A stretch of 64,000 bases of DNA, taken from Rhodobacterales bacterium. GTDB lineage: Bacteria; Pseudomonadota; Alphaproteobacteria; Rhodobacterales; Rhodobacteraceae. The notes beneath the pieces are model-generated. The model ran no database searches. It worked only from the letters and a program-made list of their open reading frames with translations, and had not been told where the DNA came from. This document shows, one piece after another, positions 51,830 to 61,924 of this stretch. Position 1 is the first letter of the stretch; each line of letters starts with the position of its first letter. Both the position numbers and the translations under genes were made by a program. The stretch lies in contig JAJLKH010000096.1 of assembly GCA_033839205.1 (NCBI GenBank), forward strand, positions 12,510 to 76,509, written 5' to 3'.

Positions 51830-53095
51830 TCAGATCCGCAGGCAGGCGATGTAGAACCCGTCCATTCCACCCTGATCCGCCCAGAAATCCGGGCGCAGCC
51901 GCAGCCCGCCTTCCGATGTGATCCAGGCCTTGTCGATGCCCGGCAGGTTCAGCGCATCGGGATCCACCCGCAGGCCGTCATGACGCTCCAGCGCCTCGTC
52001 CACCTGTACTTCTCCCTCATCGGGCAGCAGCGAGCAGGTGCAATAGACGAGCCGCCCGCCCGGTTTCAGCAGGCCCAGCGCATGATCCAGCATCCGCGCC
52101 TGCAGATCGAACAGGTCGCCGAAATCGGATCCGTCTTTTGCATGGGGCAGGTCGGGATGACGCCGAATCGTCCCCGTGGCCGAGCAGGGCGCATCCAGCA
52201 GGATCGCATCATACTGCCCTTCATGCTCAAGCGCGTCGCCAACCACCAGCCTGGCCTGCAGGCCCGTCCGTTCCAGGTTGGCCGCGACACGCGCCATTCG
52301 CGCCTCTGACAGATCAAGCGCGGTCACCTCGGCCCCGGCAGCGGCAAGCTGCATCGTCTTACCGCCAGGTGCCGCGCACATGTCCAGAACCGTCTCGCCC
52401 GGCTGCGCCGCAAGCACCCGCGCGGGGATCGCCGCGGCAGCATCCTGCACCCACCAGGCGCCGCTATCATAACCGGGCAAGGCGGTGACCTGCCCCGCAG
52501 CCCCCAGCCTTACCGATCCCGTAGGCAGTAGAAGCCCCCCGACATCCGCGGCCAGCGCGACCGGGTCAAGCCGCGCCGTCAGGTCCAGCGGGGGCGTGGC
52601 AAATTGCACGGCTTCCATCTCTGTGACCACCGCGGCGCCATAGGCCTCGAGCAGTGGCGCGCGCAGCCATTTCGGCAGGCGCGGCACACGCAGCTTTGAC
52701 CATGCAGCGGGCCCTTCCGCCGCGATTTTGCGCAGAACCGCGTTGACCAGACCCTTGAGGGCGCCTGTCCGCTTGTCCTGCCCCACGATCTGCACAGCCT
52801 CGTTGACCACGCCATGGGCATCGCCGCCCATGCAGATCTCGACCGTGGCCAGCCGCAGCATGTTGCGCACGGTCAGGGGCGGGTTCTTGCGCAGGTGACG
52901 TTCCAGCAACCTGTCCGCGCGCTCCATCCCCCGCAGCGTGTCCAGCGCAAGCCGCTGCGCGCGTGCACGGTCGGCCGGCTCCAGCCGGTCCAATGCCCCC
53001 ATCGCCAGCAGTTCGGACATCAGCCGCCCTTCGCCGGTGATCCGGTCCAGCAGGTGATGCGCCGCGCGGCGGGGGGAGGATTGGGGGACGGCCAT
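51830..53095 (-). CDS. rsmB: RsmB/Sun-type 16S rRNA (cytosine-C5) methyltransferase
   Basis: It has the SAM motif DMCAAPGGKT, the catalytic Cys motifs PCSATGTIRRHPD and TCSL, and a NusB-like N-terminus. Confidence 0.85.
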   Translation of the reverse strand: MAVPQSSPRRAAHHLLDRITGEGRLMSELLAMGALDRLEPADRARAQRLALDTLRGMERADRLLERHLRKNPPLTVRNMLRLATVEICMGGDAHGVVNEAVQIVGQDKRTGALKGLVNAVLRKIAAEGPAAWSKLRVPRLPKWLRAPLLEAYGAAVVTEMEAVQFATPPLDLTARLDPVALAADVGGLLLPTGSVRLGAAGQVTALPGYDSGAWWVQDAAAAIPARVLAAQPGETVLDMCAAPGGKTMQLAAAGAEVTALDLSEARMARVAANLERTGLQARLVVGDALEHEGQYDAILLDAPCSATGTIRRHPDLPHAKDGSDFGDLFDLQARMLDHALGLLKPGGRLVYCTCSLLPDEGEVQVDEALERHDGLRVDPDALNLPGIDKAWITSEGGLRLRPDFWADQGGMDGFYIACLRI

Positions 53096-53161
53096 GGCGT
53101 TTTCCTTGCTTGCAGGCGGTTGCGCCGTATATCAAGCGCAGATGCCAGAAGGAAGACAGCC

Positions 53162-53353
53162 GTGACCGACGAGAACCAAAGCCCCGAACAGCGCGACCTG
53201 CCCCCCGCCGCCCTGCGCGCCCTCGCCGAGGCCGAAGAGCGCCGCAAGCGCGCCAAGGCGCTTGAGCTGCCCAAGGAGCTTGGCGGGCGCAACGGCCCCG
53301 AGCCCGTGCGCTACGGCGATTGGGAAAAAAAGGGGATCGCCATCGATTTCTGA
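53162..53353 (+). CDS. DUF1674 (SDHAF4-like) small protein
   Basis: The GTG start has GAAGGAAG upstream. The C-terminus PEPVRYGDWEKKGIAIDF is characteristic of the family. Confidence 0.7.
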   Translation: MTDENQSPEQRDLPPAALRALAEAEERRKRAKALELPKELGGRNGPEPVRYGDWEKKGIAIDF

Positions 53354-53379
53354 TGGCGCACCCCTGACGTCAGGGTGGG

Positions 53380-53757
53380 TTACTGCAGGGCGAAATCCGC
53401 GTGCTCGCCCTTGCCCTGGTCCGACACGAAGCGGACCGTCTGGCCCTGCACCAGCACGGCCTGGCAATTCTGGCCAAGATCGCTGCCGCCCCAGTTCAGG
53501 TCACGGCAGAAATAGCCGTCCTGCCAGCGCCATGCGCCGGTGACATCCCACCCCAGACCCTTGCCGGTGATCTCGCCGTCAGGCTTCACGGTCAGGCGCA
53601 CGACAATCGGGCCATAGCCTTTCAACCGCAGATCCTTGCCAGCCACCGTGGACAGAAAGGCATTCTTGTCCGGGATCGGCGTGAATTGTTCGGCGCGGGC
53701 GGACCCCGCTTCGGACAGGGTCACCCCAAGGCTAAGGACAAGGGCAGCGGTTCTCAT
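53380..53757 (-). CDS. Hypothetical secreted protein (125 aa)
   Basis: It has a signal peptide ending ARAEQ and two Cys residues. I recognise no family. Confidence 0.55.
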   Translation of the reverse strand: MRTAALVLSLGVTLSEAGSARAEQFTPIPDKNAFLSTVAGKDLRLKGYGPIVVRLTVKPDGEITGKGLGWDVTGAWRWQDGYFCRDLNWGGSDLGQNCQAVLVQGQTVRFVSDQGKGEHADFALQ

Positions 53758-53913
53758 GATCCACCTCTGAAGGTTATCGACGATTTCCCACAGTATACGC
53801 CAGAATCAGCTTAACGGATCATTCACGCGCTCACATCCGCGCGAGGCTCGGCAGCTTCCTGCCGATCCGTCAGGGTTGTCCGTTGCCCGCCTTCAGTCGT
53901 CCTTTGCCCGCCC

Positions 53914-54732
53914 TCAAGGGGTCGCAAGGCCCAGCACATCCACCATGTCGTATTCGCCCGGATGCCGCCCCTGCCCCCAGAGCGCCGCCTTCAGCGCGCC
54001 CCGGGCAAAGACCGCGCGATCGGTCGCGATATGGCGCAGGATGATCCGCTCGCCTGGGGCGGCGAACATCACGTCATGCTCGCCCACGATGTCACCGCCG
54101 CGAATGGCGGAAAAGCCGATATGGCCACGTTCGCGCGCACCGGTGATCCCTTCGCGGGCCGCGTCGCGCACGTCATCCAGCCGGACACCGCGCCCGATGG
54201 CGGCCGCCTCGCCCAGCATCAGCGCTGTGCCCGAGGGGGCATCCACCTTGCGGTTATGATGCGCCTCGATCACCTCAATGTCGAAATCTTCATCAAGGGC
54301 GGCGGCAACCCGTTTCGTCAGTTGCACCAGCAGGTTGACGCCCAGCGACATGTTGCCGGCACGCACGACGACAGCATGGCGTGCAGCGGCCTTGATCGCG
54401 GCCAGATCATCCACGGACAAGCCCGTGGTGCCGATCACATGCACGGCCCGCGCCTGCGCCGCCAGCGCGGCAAATTCGACCGTGGCCGCCGGGCTGGTGA
54501 AGTCAATAACAGCCTGCGCGCGTGCGAATGCCTCAAGCGGGTCATCCGTGACCGTCACGCCCAGTGCGGCCCCACCCATGGCGGTGCCCAGGTCCTGCCC
54601 GACCCAGGCGTGGCCTTTGCGTTCGACCGCCCCGATAAGCCTTGCCTGATCGCTGTCCAGGATCGTCCGCACCAGCATCTGGCCCATCCGTCCCGATACG
54701 CCCGTAACCACGATACCCGGTTTTTCCGTCAT
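53914..54732 (-). CDS. dapB: 4-hydroxy-tetrahydrodipicolinate reductase
   Basis: It has the NAD motif [10 protein letters not shown] and the signature [15 protein letters not shown]. The start is at ATG 54732. Confidence 0.92.
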   Translation of the reverse strand: MTEKPGIVVTGVSGRMGQMLVRTILDSDQARLIGAVERKGHAWVGQDLGTAMGGAALGVTVTDDPLEAFARAQAVIDFTSPAATVEFAALAAQARAVHVIGTTGLSVDDLAAIKAAARHAVVVRAGNMSLGVNLLVQLTKRVAAALDEDFDIEVIEAHHNRKVDAPSGTALMLGEAAAIGRGVRLDDVRDAAREGITGARERGHIGFSAIRGGDIVGEHDVMFAAPGERIILRHIATDRAVFARGALKAALWGQGRHPGEYDMVDVLGLATP

Positions 54733-54819
54733 GCTGTCGATCCCGTCTGGCAGAAGTTGTCCCTTGCGCCCCTCATATCCAAGCAACCGCCGCTTGGCAA
54801 AGCCTGCGGGAAGCCTTAG

Positions 54820-55218
54820 ATGGGCGGCATGGCAAAAAGCACATCATCCTCAGGTCCGGGCCAACGCCAGCTGCGTGTCGGCGAACTGATCCGCCGCACC
54901 CTCTCAGAGGTGCTGTTGCGCGGTGACATCCATGACCCCGATCTCAACCGCATGTCCATCACCGTGGGCGAGGTGCGCGTGACCACCGATCTGCGGGTCG
55001 CCACGATCTATGTCCTGCCGCTGGGCGGCGAGGGCAAGGACGAGGTCATCAAGCTTCTGGCCCGCAACAAGGGCGAGCTGCGCCGCATCATCGGCAAGAA
55101 GGTCGCGCTCAAGTTTGCACCTGAACTGCGCTTCCAGCTGGACGAGACATTCGACCGGATGGACGAAACCCGCCGCCTTTTCGCGCAGGACGCCGTCCGG
55201 CGCGATCTTGACGACTGA
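54820..55218 (+). CDS. rbfA: Ribosome-binding factor A
   Basis: The motifs [14 protein letters not shown] and [10 protein letters not shown] are present. About 130 aa. Confidence 0.9.
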   Translation: MGGMAKSTSSSGPGQRQLRVGELIRRTLSEVLLRGDIHDPDLNRMSITVGEVRVTTDLRVATIYVLPLGGEGKDEVIKLLARNKGELRRIIGKKVALKFAPELRFQLDETFDRMDETRRLFAQDAVRRDLDD

Positions 55219-55964
55219 TGCGCAGGCTCCTGGCCCTGACGGCCGGCCTGATGGTCTGTGTCGTGTCCCCTGTCGTGGCGCTGGAATGCCGTGAAACCAC
55301 CCATGACGATATCGTCTACGCGTTATGCGAGGTCGATACCGCGACCGAACGGCTTGAGCTGTTCCTGAACGATCCGGCGGGCCGGCCCTATGGTCATTTC
55401 TCCGCGATAGACGACGCCCTGGGCGCGGTGGGGCAGACCCTCGCATTCGGCATGAACGCGGGCATGTACCATCAGAACCGCCAGCCGGTGGGCCTGTATA
55501 TCGAGAATGGCGAAACCCTTTCTCCGCTGCAAACCCGCGAAAGCTTTGGCAATTTCGGCCTGCTGCCGAACGGTGTGCTGTGCCTGACCGAAACCGGCGC
55601 GAACGTGATCGAGACGCTGCGCTATCGCGACACCGCGCCAGACTGCCGCGCCGCCACCCAATCGGGCCCCATGCTGGTGATCGACGGCGCGCTGCATCCG
55701 CGTTTCCTGCCTGACAGCACATCGCGCTATATCCGAAATGGCGTCGGCACGTCCGATGACGGAAGTCGCGCGGTTTTCGTGATCTCGCGCAATCCGGTGA
55801 CGTTCCACCAGTTTGCCCGCTTTTTCCGCGACGCGCTGGGTCTGCGGCAGGCGCTTTATTTCGACGGCAATATCTCGCGCCTGCATGCGCCCCAACTGGG
55901 ACGGTCGGATCCGGGTTTCCGCATGGGGCCGATCATCGGCCTGCCCGCGCCCAAGGGCGACTGA
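55218..55964 (+). CDS. Phosphodiester glycosidase (DUF2233) family protein
   Basis: It has a signal peptide and the motifs FGMNAGMY, NFGLLPNGV, QSGPMLV and ALYFDGNIS. The ATG overlaps the rbfA stop (TGATG). Confidence 0.72.
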   Translation: MRRLLALTAGLMVCVVSPVVALECRETTHDDIVYALCEVDTATERLELFLNDPAGRPYGHFSAIDDALGAVGQTLAFGMNAGMYHQNRQPVGLYIENGETLSPLQTRESFGNFGLLPNGVLCLTETGANVIETLRYRDTAPDCRAATQSGPMLVIDGALHPRFLPDSTSRYIRNGVGTSDDGSRAVFVISRNPVTFHQFARFFRDALGLRQALYFDGNISRLHAPQLGRSDPGFRMGPIIGLPAPKGD

Positions 55965-56085
55965 TCCCGCCGGATCCTGCCACAAATGCGCAAAGGTCGC
56001 GGCACGCTTCAGCTGCAACGCCAGCGTTTGACAGACCGCCGCCCTTGGGCTAGGCCCCGCGCTTTGACAGGAACGGGACAAAACC

Positions 56086-56994
56086 ATGGGACGCAAGCGC
56101 AAGGGTCGTGACATTTCGGGCTGGCTGGTGGTGGACAAGCCCGCGGGCCTGACATCGACCGCCGTGGTCAACAAGGTACGCTGGGCGCTGGATGCCAACA
56201 AGGCGGGCCATGCCGGCACGCTGGACCCCGAAGCGACAGGCGTTCTGGCCGTGGCCCTTGGCGAAGCGACCAAGACCGTCCCCTATATCACCGATGCGCT
56301 CAAGGCCTATCGGTTCACGATCCGGCTGGGACAGGCCACCAACACCGACGACGCCGAGGGCGAAGTGATCGCAACCTCTGACATCCGCCCGGACGACACG
56401 ACGATCAAAGAGGCGCTGCATGCCTTTGTTGGTGAGATCATGCAGGTGCCGCCGCGCTTTTCCGCTGTCAAGATCGACGGGGAACGCGCCTACAAGCTGG
56501 CCCGGGATGACGAGGCATTCGAGATCGCCGCGCGGCCCTTGTGGGTCGAGGAACTGGTGATGACGGACCGGCCCGATGCCGATCATGTCGTGCTTGAGAT
56601 GACCTGCGGCAAGGGCGGCTATGTCCGGTCGATCGCGCGCGATCTGGGCGAGGCCCTGGGCTGTCATGCCCATGTGGTGACCCTGCGCCGCGTCTGGTCC
56701 GGCCCGTTCGAGGCGACGGATGGTCTGACCCTTGACCAGATCGACGCGATGGCGCGGACACCCGATCTGGACGCCCATGTGCTGCCGCTGGAAACCGGCC
56801 TTGCCGATCTGCCCGAGTTGCGCTGCACCCCGGAAGGCGCTGCACGCCTGCGCAACGGAAACCCCGGCATGGTTCTGGCCTCTGACGTGGAATACGGCGA
56901 CGAAGCCTGGGCCAGCCTGGACGGTCACGCCGTGGCCGTGGGCATCTACAAGGCGGGCGAACTGCATCCCAGCCGCGTCTTCAACCAGGGCTGA
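56086..56994 (+). CDS. truB: tRNA pseudouridine(55) synthase
   Basis: It has the catalytic motif [14 protein letters not shown] and [10 protein letters not shown]. Confidence 0.93.
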   Translation: MGRKRKGRDISGWLVVDKPAGLTSTAVVNKVRWALDANKAGHAGTLDPEATGVLAVALGEATKTVPYITDALKAYRFTIRLGQATNTDDAEGEVIATSDIRPDDTTIKEALHAFVGEIMQVPPRFSAVKIDGERAYKLARDDEAFEIAARPLWVEELVMTDRPDADHVVLEMTCGKGGYVRSIARDLGEALGCHAHVVTLRRVWSGPFEATDGLTLDQIDAMARTPDLDAHVLPLETGLADLPELRCTPEGAARLRNGNPGMVLASDVEYGDEAWASLDGHAVAVGIYKAGELHPSRVFNQG

Positions 56995-57041
56995 GGCGCC
57001 GCCGCCTTGCAAAGCACGGGCGGGCAAGGCACAACCGGGGC

Positions 57042-57569
57042 ATGATCACACGCGATTTCCTGAAAGGCGATGCGCAGTCGACAGCGGTCTATTCCGACTG
57101 CGAACGCTATCGGTATCTGCTGACGCGCACCTGGAACGTGGAAGGGCCGCGCGCCCTGTTCGTGATGCTCAACCCATCGACCGCGACCGAGGCGCAGAAC
57201 GACCCCACGGTCGAGCGGTGTGAACGCCGCGCCCGCGCGCTTGGGTTCGGCAGTTTTCGGGTCACCAATATCTTTGCCTGGCGCGACACCGATCCGCGCG
57301 CGATGCGCGCCGCATCCGATCCGGTCGGCCCTGCCAATGACGCGGCCATCGCGGACAGCTGCGGCTGGGCCAGGGGACCAGGGGACAGGATCATCGCCGC
57401 GTGGGGCACCCACGGCGCGCATCTGGATCGCGGCGCGGCCGTTGAACGCCTGCTGCGCGCGCAACGGCGCCCCCTGCATCACCTTGGTTTGACCAAGGAC
57501 GGACATCCCAAGCACCCGCTCTATATTTCCTACGACCAGAAACCGATCCTCTGGCCTGCCCAACCCTGA
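57042..57569 (+). CDS. DUF1643 domain protein
   Basis: The family-typical motifs CERYRYLLTRTW, MLNPSTA and NIFAWR are present. Confidence 0.78.
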   Translation: MITRDFLKGDAQSTAVYSDCERYRYLLTRTWNVEGPRALFVMLNPSTATEAQNDPTVERCERRARALGFGSFRVTNIFAWRDTDPRAMRAASDPVGPANDAAIADSCGWARGPGDRIIAAWGTHGAHLDRGAAVERLLRAQRRPLHHLGLTKDGHPKHPLYISYDQKPILWPAQP

Positions 57570-57588
57570 ACCGCGGAAAGGAAAGCCG

Positions 57589-57903
57589 ATGACAGACAGC
57601 ACCCGTCATCAACCCTCTGACGATCAGGCCGAGGCGATGCGCGCCCTTGCCCGCGAGGTCGAGCGCCTGAACACTCACCGATTCATCAAGGTGCACAACT
57701 CGATCTGGCGGTTGGTGGGCTTTCAGTTCCTGCGGGGTCTGGCTTTTGGCCTTGGTTCGGTTCTCGGGGCCTCGATCCTTGTCTCGGCCCTTGCCTGGTG
57801 GGTGTCGCAGTTCGAATTCCTGCCCATCATCGGCGAATGGGCCTCGGAACTGGCGAAAGAGATCGACCTCAGCCGCGGCACGAGTGGCAGCGGCCAGAAT
57901 TAA
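57589..57903 (+). CDS. DUF5665-like small membrane protein
   Basis: 104 aa with two hydrophobic helices (FLRGLAFGLGSVLGASILVSALAWW). It lies 19 nt after the DUF1643 gene. Confidence 0.6.
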   Translation: MTDSTRHQPSDDQAEAMRALAREVERLNTHRFIKVHNSIWRLVGFQFLRGLAFGLGSVLGASILVSALAWWVSQFEFLPIIGEWASELAKEIDLSRGTSGSGQN

Positions 57904-57992
57904 CCACGCCATCAGAACGGATTTGACCCGTGGCCGGCCCTTGTGGCTGTTAGAGGCGGGGTGGTCTTTTCCGTGTGGTGCGAGGGTTTTTC

Positions 57993-59000
57993 ATGCTGAT
58001 CTTGACAGGCATCTTTGGTCTGATGCTCGCCGGTGCTGCATTTGTCGGGCTGTCAGGCGCCTCGGATGACGCAGACGACAGGGATGCCCAGGATTCCCTG
58101 AACGCAGGGCCAGACTCCTCTGCGGATCATGTCGGGACCGCCAATGCGACCTCCGGTCTTGTCGCCCTTCTGGATAACGCGTCCGAGTCCAACACATCGG
58201 AACAAGCTGATGATACGGACCAGATCCTTGCGGGACAGGCGGGCCCCGACCTGATCGAAGGCGGTGGCGGTGACGACCAGATCGGCGGGCGCGACGGCAA
58301 CGACACGCTGCGTGGCGCGGACGGTCGGGATGACCTGCATGGCGCCGAAGGCGATGATCTTGTGATGGGCGGGCAAGGCAACGACCAGCTTTATGGCGGC
58401 ACCGGCGATGACAGCCTGACAGGCGGTGATGGCGATGATCTGCTTTTCGGCCAGAACGGGGATGACCTGCTGCGGGGTGACGCAGGCATGGACAGCCTGC
58501 ATGGTGGCGATGGCATGGACCAGTTGTTCGGGGGCGCGGGTCATGACGCGCTGCATGGCGGCTTGGGCGATGACAGCCTGACCGGCGGGCCAGGCAATGA
58601 CACGCTGTTCGGTGGCGCAGGCAATGACCTGCTGCTGGGCCACCGCCCCGAAGATGCGGAAGACCCCGATGCGGATTACCTCAATGGCGGGGATGGCGAG
58701 GATACGATCCTTGCCGGCAACGGCGATATCCTGACGGGGGGGCGCGGCGCGGACCTGTTCCAGCTGGGGCATTGGATCACCGATCCGGCCGACATCGTGG
58801 ATTTCGATCTGGCCGAAGACAGCCTGCTTGTGGTCTATGACAACACCGGCGGCGCCGAACCCCAGATCGAACTGCGCACTGATGAAGACGGGTCGGACCG
58901 GATCAGCCTCTATCTGGATGGGGCGCATGTTGCATCATTGTCGGGCGCAAGCGGGCTGATGCTGTCGGATATCGTGATCATGGGACAGTCACAGATGTGA
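57993..59000 (+). CDS. RTX-type calcium-binding repeat protein with an N-terminal hydrophobic helix
   Basis: It carries about 20 GGxGxDxL-type nonapeptide repeats. The start is at ATG 57993 ([20 protein letters not shown]). Confidence 0.85.
   Translation: MLILTGIFGLMLAGAAFVGLSGASDDADDRDAQDSLNAGPDSSADHVGTANATSGLVALLDNASESNTSEQADDTDQILAGQAGPDLIEGGGGDDQIGGRDGNDTLRGADGRDDLHGAEGDDLVMGGQGNDQLYGGTGDDSLTGGDGDDLLFGQNGDDLLRGDAGMDSLHGGDGMDQLFGGAGHDALHGGLGDDSLTGGPGNDTLFGGAGNDLLLGHRPEDAEDPDADYLNGGDGEDTILAGNGDILTGGRGADLFQLGHWITDPADIVDFDLAEDSLLVVYDNTGGAEPQIELRTDEDGSDRISLYLDGAHVASLSGASGLMLSDIVIMGQSQM
58221..58780 (+). repeat. Tandem degenerate 27-nt (nonapeptide) RTX repeat array inside the CDS
   Basis: Repeated GGC/GAT-rich units encode G-G-x-G-x-D-x-L/F-x. 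This array also generates the long antisense ORF. Confidence 0.8.
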
Positions 59001-59193
59001 TCGCGCCCATCAGCGAAACCTGGACCCAGAGGCACGGCAACCCCCTGACCGATTGCGGTTTTCCCTTTCCAAATGGAGGGATTTCCCCTATACGCGCGCA
59101 ATCCATGCCGGATTCCCGGCCGGATATCTCCACGGACCCTGCTGGACGACATCCCGGCTTGCGCCCTTCACCTTTCATTCAAAGGAGACCCCG

Positions 59194-59463
59194 ATGTCGA
59201 TTACTGTCGAAGAAAAAGCACGTGTGATCAAGGAATTCGCAACCAAGGAAGGCGACACCGGTTCGCCCGAAGTCCAGGTTGCCATCCTCACCTCGCGCAT
59301 CTCAACGCTGACCGAGCATTTCAAGACCCACAAGAAGGACAACCACGGTCGCCGTGGCCTTCTGATGATGGTGGCCCAGCGCCGCAAGCTGCTGGATTAC
59401 CTGAAGGCAAAAGACGAGGGCCGTTATCAGGACCTCATCAAGCGCCTGGGCATCCGTCGCTGA
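59194..59463 (+). CDS. rpsO: 30S ribosomal protein S15
   Basis: 89 aa ([41 protein letters not shown]). AAAGGAG lies upstream. Confidence 0.96.
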   Translation: MSITVEEKARVIKEFATKEGDTGSPEVQVAILTSRISTLTEHFKTHKKDNHGRRGLLMMVAQRRKLLDYLKAKDEGRYQDLIKRLGIRR

Positions 59464-59476
59464 GACAAGACAAAGG

Positions 59477-59503
59477 ACCGCGCCCCAAAAGGGCGCGGTT
59501 TTA
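59477..59503 (+). terminator. Intrinsic terminator/attenuator after rpsO
   Basis: Hairpin ACCGCGCCC-CAAAA-GGGCGCGGT followed by TTT. Confidence 0.6.
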
Positions 59504-59635
59504 CCATGATCCGATTGCCATCACGTCGGGCTTTGCGGCGATGGCAGGATGAACGAAGCAGAAGCCAAGGGGCAATACGGCCCCAGATGAAACGGCCAAA
59601 GGGGATGGGCCCCGGAGGCCAAGATAGGATACGAG

Positions 59636-61774
59636 ATGTTTAACGTAACGACCAAAACGATGCAGTGGGGCGATGAGACGCTGACACTGGAAACGGGCAA
59701 GATCGCCCGCCAGGCAGATGGCACCGTCATCGCGACCCTGGGCGAAACCTCGGTGATGGCAAACGTCACCTTCGCCAAGGAACCCAAGCCGGGTCAGGAT
59801 TTCTTTCCGCTGACCGTCCATTACCAGGAAAAATACTATGCTGCCGGCAAGGTGCCGGGCGGCTTTTTCAAGCGCGAAGCGCGTCCGACCGAAAAGGAAA
59901 CGCTGACCGCGCGCCTGATCGACCGTCCGATCCGCCCGCTCTTCGTCGAAGGCTTCAAGAACGAAGTGCTGGTAATGTGCACCGTGCTGTCGCATGACCT
60001 TGTGAACGACCCCGATGTGGTGGCGATGATCGCCGCCTCTGCTGCGCTGACCCTGTCGGGCGCGCCCTTCATGGGCCCGATCGCCGGCTGCCGCGTGGGC
60101 TTTGTGAACGGTGAATATGTGCTCAACCCCTCGGTTGACGACATGCAGAACCTGCGCACCAACCCCGAGCAGCGCCTGGACCTGGTTGTCGCCGGCACCA
60201 AGGACGCCGTGATGATGGTGGAATCGGAAGCCTATGAGCTGACCGAGGCCGAGATGCTGGGCGCCGTCGTCTTTGCGCATCAGCAGATCCAGCCGGTGAT
60301 CGACCTGATCATCGAACTGGCCGAAGCTGCCGCGAAAGAGCCTTTCGACTTCCAGCCCGCCGATTACAGCGCGCTTTATGCCGCCGTGAAAGCCGTGGGC
60401 GAGGACAAGATCCGCGCCGCCTATGCCATCACCGACAAGCAGGCGCGCACCACCGCGGTTGCCGAAGCCAAGGCCGCCATCAAGGAAGCCCTGACCGAGG
60501 AACAGCTGGCCGATGCCAACCTGGGCACCGCGCTGAAGAAACTGGAAGCCAGCGTTCTGCGCGGCGATGTGGTGAAAACCGGCAAGCGGATCGACGGACG
60601 TGACACGACCACCGTGCGCCCGATCGTCTGCGAAACCGGCCTGCTGCCGCGCACCCATGGGTCGGCCCTGTTCACCCGTGGCGAAACCCAGGGCCTGGTC
60701 GTGACCACGCTGGGCACCGGCGATGACGAACAGTTCATCGATGCGCTGCATGGCAACTTCAAATCCAATTTCATGCTGCACTACAACTTCCCCCCCTATT
60801 CGGTGGGCGAGGTTGGCCGCGTGGGATCGCCCGGCCGTCGTGAAATCGGCCATGGCAAGCTGGCATGGCGCGCGCTTCAGGCCGTGCTGCCCGCTGCCAC
60901 CGATTTCCCCTACACGATCCGCATCGTGTCCGAGATCACAGAATCGAACGGTTCCTCGTCGATGGCATCGGTCTGCGGCGGTTCGCTGTCGATGATGGAT
61001 GCAGGTGTTCCCCTGAAAGCGCCGGTTGCCGGTGTGGCCATGGGCCTGATCCTGGAAGAAGATGGCTCTTACGCCGTGCTGACCGACATCCTGGGTGACG
61101 AAGACCACCTGGGCGACATGGACTTCAAGGTGGCAGGTACCGAGAACGGGATCACCAGCCTTCAGATGGACATCAAGGTTGCCGGCATCACCCCCGAGAT
61201 CATGGAAAAAGCCCTGGCGCAAGCCAAGGACGGCCGTATCCACATCCTGGGCGAGATGGCCAAGGCCCTGACGGGCGCTGCCGAATTCTCGATCCACGCA
61301 CCGCGTATCGAGACGATGCAGATCCCGACCGACAAGATCCGTGAAGTGATCGGCTCGGGCGGCAAGGTCATCCGCGAGATCGTGGAAGTCTCGGGCGCGA
61401 AGGTCGACATCAACGACGACGGCATCATCAAGATCGCATCGCCCAACGGCGAGTCGATCAAGAAGGCCTATGACATGATCTGGTCCATCGTGGCCGAGCC
61501 GGAAGAAGGCAAGATCTACAAAGGCACCGTGGTCAAACTGGTCGATTTCGGCGCTTTCGTGAACTTCTTCGGCAAGCGCGACGGCCTGGTGCACGTGTCC
61601 CAGATCGAAAACCGCCGCCTGAACCATCCGTCGGATGTTCTCAAGGAAGGTCAGGAAGTCTGGGTCAAGCTGCTGGGCTTCGATGATCGCGGCAAGGTTC
61701 GCCTGGCGATGAAATCGGTGAACCAGGAAACCGGCGAAGAGATCACCAAGGAAGCGGCAGAAGCGGGCGAATAA
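59636..61774 (+). CDS. pnp: Polyribonucleotide nucleotidyltransferase
   Basis: 712 aa with two RNase PH domains, then KH and S1 domains. The PNPase sequence is canonical. Confidence 0.96.
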   Translation: MFNVTTKTMQWGDETLTLETGKIARQADGTVIATLGETSVMANVTFAKEPKPGQDFFPLTVHYQEKYYAAGKVPGGFFKREARPTEKETLTARLIDRPIRPLFVEGFKNEVLVMCTVLSHDLVNDPDVVAMIAASAALTLSGAPFMGPIAGCRVGFVNGEYVLNPSVDDMQNLRTNPEQRLDLVVAGTKDAVMMVESEAYELTEAEMLGAVVFAHQQIQPVIDLIIELAEAAAKEPFDFQPADYSALYAAVKAVGEDKIRAAYAITDKQARTTAVAEAKAAIKEALTEEQLADANLGTALKKLEASVLRGDVVKTGKRIDGRDTTTVRPIVCETGLLPRTHGSALFTRGETQGLVVTTLGTGDDEQFIDALHGNFKSNFMLHYNFPPYSVGEVGRVGSPGRREIGHGKLAWRALQAVLPAATDFPYTIRIVSEITESNGSSSMASVCGGSLSMMDAGVPLKAPVAGVAMGLILEEDGSYAVLTDILGDEDHLGDMDFKVAGTENGITSLQMDIKVAGITPEIMEKALAQAKDGRIHILGEMAKALTGAAEFSIHAPRIETMQIPTDKIREVIGSGGKVIREIVEVSGAKVDINDDGIIKIASPNGESIKKAYDMIWSIVAEPEEGKIYKGTVVKLVDFGAFVNFFGKRDGLVHVSQIENRRLNHPSDVLKEGQEVWVKLLGFDDRGKVRLAMKSVNQETGEEITKEAAEAGE

Positions 61775-61801
61775 GCCCCCTTTTCCCTTTGGAACGGACA
61801 A

Positions 61802-61836
61802 GGCCCCGATGGCAGCATCGGGGCCTTTCTTTGTTT
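61802..61836 (+). terminator. Intrinsic terminator after pnp
   Basis: Hairpin GGCCCCGATG-GCAG-CATCGGGGCC followed by TTTCTTTGTTT. Confidence 0.7.
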
Positions 61837-61924
61837 GCCACGATGCGATGAATTGACAGCCCATGCGCCGCTGTCCATGGTTAAAGGGTGGTTCCGTTTT
61901 TGGTTAACGAGTGAGCGTGTAGCG

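Noticed and set aside
53811-53826. Near-CtrA box TTAAcggatcaTTCAC upstream of the 125-aa secreted-protein gene
   Set aside because: It has one mismatch in the second half-site. With relaxed matching the chance expectation is no longer small, so I do not count it with the two perfect boxes.
53878-53912. Two near-identical 14-nt direct repeats (GTCCGTTGCCCGCC / GTCCTTTGCCCGCC), 21 bp apart, just downstream of the dapB stop
   Set aside because: They are short and GC-rich, there are only two copies, and no associated gene start or structure is present. They are probably fortuitous or a minor 3' UTR feature.
58053-58928. 291-aa minus-strand ORF inside the RTX gene
   Set aside because: It is produced by the GGC/GAT repeat periodicity of the RTX array. 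Only the plus frame gives canonical GGxGxD nonapeptides.
59501-61864. 787-aa minus-strand ORF antisense to pnp
   Set aside because: This is a shadow ORF. PNPase on the plus strand is unambiguous.
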